From positions 1 to 62,273 of the IMG/VR virus record IMGVR_UViG_3300046054_000005: 62,273 nucleotides of DNA; one strand, given 5' to 3'. The DNA comes from a virus. Numbering within the stretch: position 1 is the stretch's first letter; each line of letters opens with the position of its first letter. Position numbers and translations under genes: made by a program. The notes beneath the pieces are model-generated. The model had not been told where the DNA came from and did no database searches. It worked only from the letters and a program-made list of their open reading frames with translations. Below, piece after piece: positions 61,001 to 62,273 of the stretch.

Positions 61001-61680
61001 GCATGTTCGGCGCGATGACGGAGCAGCAGGCCCGGCTGAAGCAAAAGATCAAGAGCACACAGAAGGAGCTTTCGGCGGCGCTCGAAGAGGGGGCAAGCGC
61101 GCAGGTCGAGCGGCTGCGTAGCCGCCTCGGGCGGTTGCGTGACGAGTTCGAGAAATCTAAGTTTGGCCTGGTAGACATAGGTAAGGGGCTGATAAAAACG
61201 CTCGTTGATGCGCTGGGCAAGATCGGGGAGATCCTTATTGGCGCTGGTTCGGCGATTGCTTCGCTGGGCGGGCCGGGCGGCCTCGTTGGGGCTATTCTGT
61301 CGAACCCGCTCACTGCTATCGCTGCGGGCGTCGCGTTGACAGCATTGAGCGCGGGGCTGGGCATGGCGGCCAAGAGCCCACCGGAACCCGTCGGCAGCGG
61401 CGGCGGGGGTACCGCCAGCTTCAGTGGCAACCCCGGCGGCGGCTATCGAAACGGGTCTATGAACAGCGTCTCGCAGAAACTCACGTACATGAAGCGTGAA
61501 CAAGAAAAGACCAACGAGCGCCTCGCTCGCAATCAAGAGCAGACCAACCAGCGCCTCGACAACGTAGAGAGCGCCACGCGCGAAGGCCGTGCCGTGCGCG
61601 AGGGCGAGAGCCGCCAAGTGCTTCGTCGCGCCCGCGCCGAGCAAGCCGCCAATGACGCCTCGACTTCCGACAAGATTTAA
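58093..61680 (+). CDS. Tail tape measure protein.
   Basis: 1195 aa. Alpha-helical and Gly/Ala-rich with TM-like central segments, in the canonical position. Confidence 0.85.
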   Translation: MASFGEKLHSLMVELEVDPSGLNRMGKSIDRALTKSGKLRNFGKSMTRNVSAPLAAVGGLATKAFSDFDSALQQSISIMDDTAQSMRGEMASAAREVSQATTTSSRDAAKSFYYLASAGLDAKESIASLPDVAKFAQAGMFDMKRATDLATDAQSALGLKVEDTQKNAENMRKVMDNLVRANQLANASVEQFSEALTNRAAAGLKVANKSIEEGVAVLAAFADQGTKGRRAGMRLSQILRILSKSASENTERFRELGLVDTEGNLKSMSTIIRSLTDELGGLSDAALSAELDQLGFTARVQQAIKPLLGQADAIENYRKELEEAGGAVDEVAQKQLKSLQAQFKLTFNAITNAAQELGAAMAPAVRPVLDAVRDVVQAFRELPDSVKRTIAIVGGLVAAVGPLLVVIGAIAPAITSAIGVFGSLASAGGTLAGVLSGLASGSMKPLFLALRPILPLLKGMAGVLSGPFAAAAGVAAAAGSFIYARWDDLRAALAGPIIRVWEALSETVGSVMSSIGDSVGDVLGEIQKIWEGVFGDAVVAAVGVMADVIATVAVPAIESIGRVVEHTVRTVKNHLGLIISVLRGDFTGALDYIEAEWKRSFEFMKESVVELTDASERELTDFEKAAYVVFSDIRDVVKGWANDVVYEARWAWARFRTEVKDAWPKIEARIEEGAAKAWKAFKKGFFDLLPDALEDALKAVRDWAASVGKAVRDGVSGAVSDMKAEVDRLAGEYNIRFNTEATGSAARILTGESLGGDPVRSLMVKVGGSAGAEKVEDTKKEMTELQKTINETMGNLRSSLDEIGRKTEFWNTPLEGAKNRVRTIKRTIDKLLTEGMNPSGAAAARLRDRLSEARDKVRELLIKMRDIPKAASADLDLKGLIPESIEVPDTVFTSFQKLADKLGTTKRKVEELPPAFRQSMTRVAIHSQEYAQAATEAFFKIKKQVQKLGKDLLKSFALDTGKAIGRGVARMFGAMTEQQARLKQKIKSTQKELSAALEEGASAQVERLRSRLGRLRDEFEKSKFGLVDIGKGLIKTLVDALGKIGEILIGAGSAIASLGGPGGLVGAILSNPLTAIAAGVALTALSAGLGMAAKSPPEPVGSGGGGTASFSGNPGGGYRNGSMNSVSQKLTYMKREQEKTNERLARNQEQTNQRLDNVESATREGRAVREGESRQVLRRARAEQAANDASTSDKI

Positions 61681-61683
61681 CCG

Positions 61684-62273
61684 ATGCCGCTTCTCGACGC
61701 GACATTGACAATTGCAGACGGTGACGGGGGAACCTATGTCTATAACAACGCGAAGTTTGCCAAAAGCCAGCTGGAAAGCAGGGTTCAACTCACCAACGAC
61801 GGGCGAATCGAAAAAGACGGTTTCACGGTTGATCTCCGAAGCGCTTCGTTTATGGGGGCGACTTCACCGATTACTATCGACGGCGGGTGGTTTGGCAATC
61901 CGTTTCAGCCGCGTGCCACCGTCGAGTTGGGCGGCGAGACCGTGTTCGAGGGGCGCATCTCGAAAGCAGATGTAGCCAGTGACCCCGAAGATGCAGAGCA
62001 AGCGCGCGAGTGGACCGTCACGGTGCAAGGTTTTGCCTTTGCCGATGTGCTCGACGAGCTTTCGACAACCAGTGTTTTTGATGACGAGATTTTAGATTCC
62101 TTCGATTCTTATAAAGAGTTTCCCACGCGCTGGACCGACGAAGAAGGAACGAGGCAGGGGCCACAAGACCTACGCTGGTACGATATTGTTGAACTCTGGC
62201 GAACGGCAGTCGAGGCTATCGGCCCGTTCGTCTTTGAGACAACGATTGACCTCTTTCCGCTCGAAGTCGATTA
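61684..62273 (+). CDS. N-terminal part of the tail protein that continues at position 1 (see feature 1..1286).
   Basis: ATG at 61684. The frame is open to the window end and is absent from the track because no stop lies inside the window. Confidence 0.6.
   Translation, partial: MPLLDATLTIADGDGGTYVYNNAKFAKSQLESRVQLTNDGRIEKDGFTVDLRSASFMGATSPITIDGGWFGNPFQPRATVELGGETVFEGRISKADVASDPEDAEQAREWTVTVQGFAFADVLDELSTTSVFDDEILDSFDSYKEFPTRWTDEEGTRQGPQDLRWYDIVELWRTAVEAIGPFVFETTIDLFPLEVD
62225..62273. repeat. End overlap, copy 2.
   Basis: Identical to bases 1-49. Confidence 0.95.

Overview
The window is one complete tailed-phage genome with siphovirus-type architecture. It is closed: bases 1-49 repeat at 62225-62273, so the unique length is 62,224 bp. 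It is GC-rich by eye. There is no rRNA, no CRISPR array and no recognisable integrase. Many alternate-frame and antisense ORFs in the track are GC-driven artefacts.

Organisation:
- + strand late module, 41.8-62.2 kb and wrapping to about 10.9 kb: ParB-like protein, glycosyltransferase-like protein, terminase, portal, MuF-like protein, scaffold, lambda-E-like capsid protein, connectors, tail tube, G/GT chaperone pair with a GGGAAAG slip site, 1195-aa tape measure, tail and fibre proteins, beta-helix tailspike, LamG protein, GH108 endolysin and small membrane proteins.
- + strand replication/recombination module, 26.1-38.4 kb: initiator-like protein with internal iterons, DnaB, HNH, DpdA-like transglycosylase, PD-(D/E)XK exonuclease and a tRNA-Gly-like gene.
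- Minus-strand early blocks, 10.9-25.9, 38.6-41.7 and 46.1-48.0 kb: SNF2 and UvrD helicases, Rad52-like annealase, RusA, HNH, DUF932 and many small ORFs.

The early blocks sit behind six copies of a conserved ~120-bp promoter/leader module. Start codons are preceded by C/A-rich leaders such as CACCAAACACAC rather than purine-rich SD sites.

Most unusual observations:
1. A 3.4-kb array (12793-16189) of about 94 degenerate 36-bp tandem units. Its two conserved blocks vary in a codon-like way, yet no reading frame is open. It lies directly 3' of an IS110-type C-terminal-domain gene, and the pair is bracketed by intrinsic terminators.
2. Six type-I hammerhead ribozyme candidates on the minus strand, each placed exactly at the end of an early gene. 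In five of them the gene's UGA stop codon is part of the CUGANGA catalytic core.
3. Several smaller items: a tRNA-like acceptor/T-arm minihelix in the same kind of inter-gene position, a promoter-terminator bracketed ~150-nt unit inside the head operon, a ParB-like gene split at a G9 tract, a DpdA-like gene without visible preQ0 synthesis genes, and iterons inside the initiator gene.

All functional calls come from motif recognition by eye. No database search was run.
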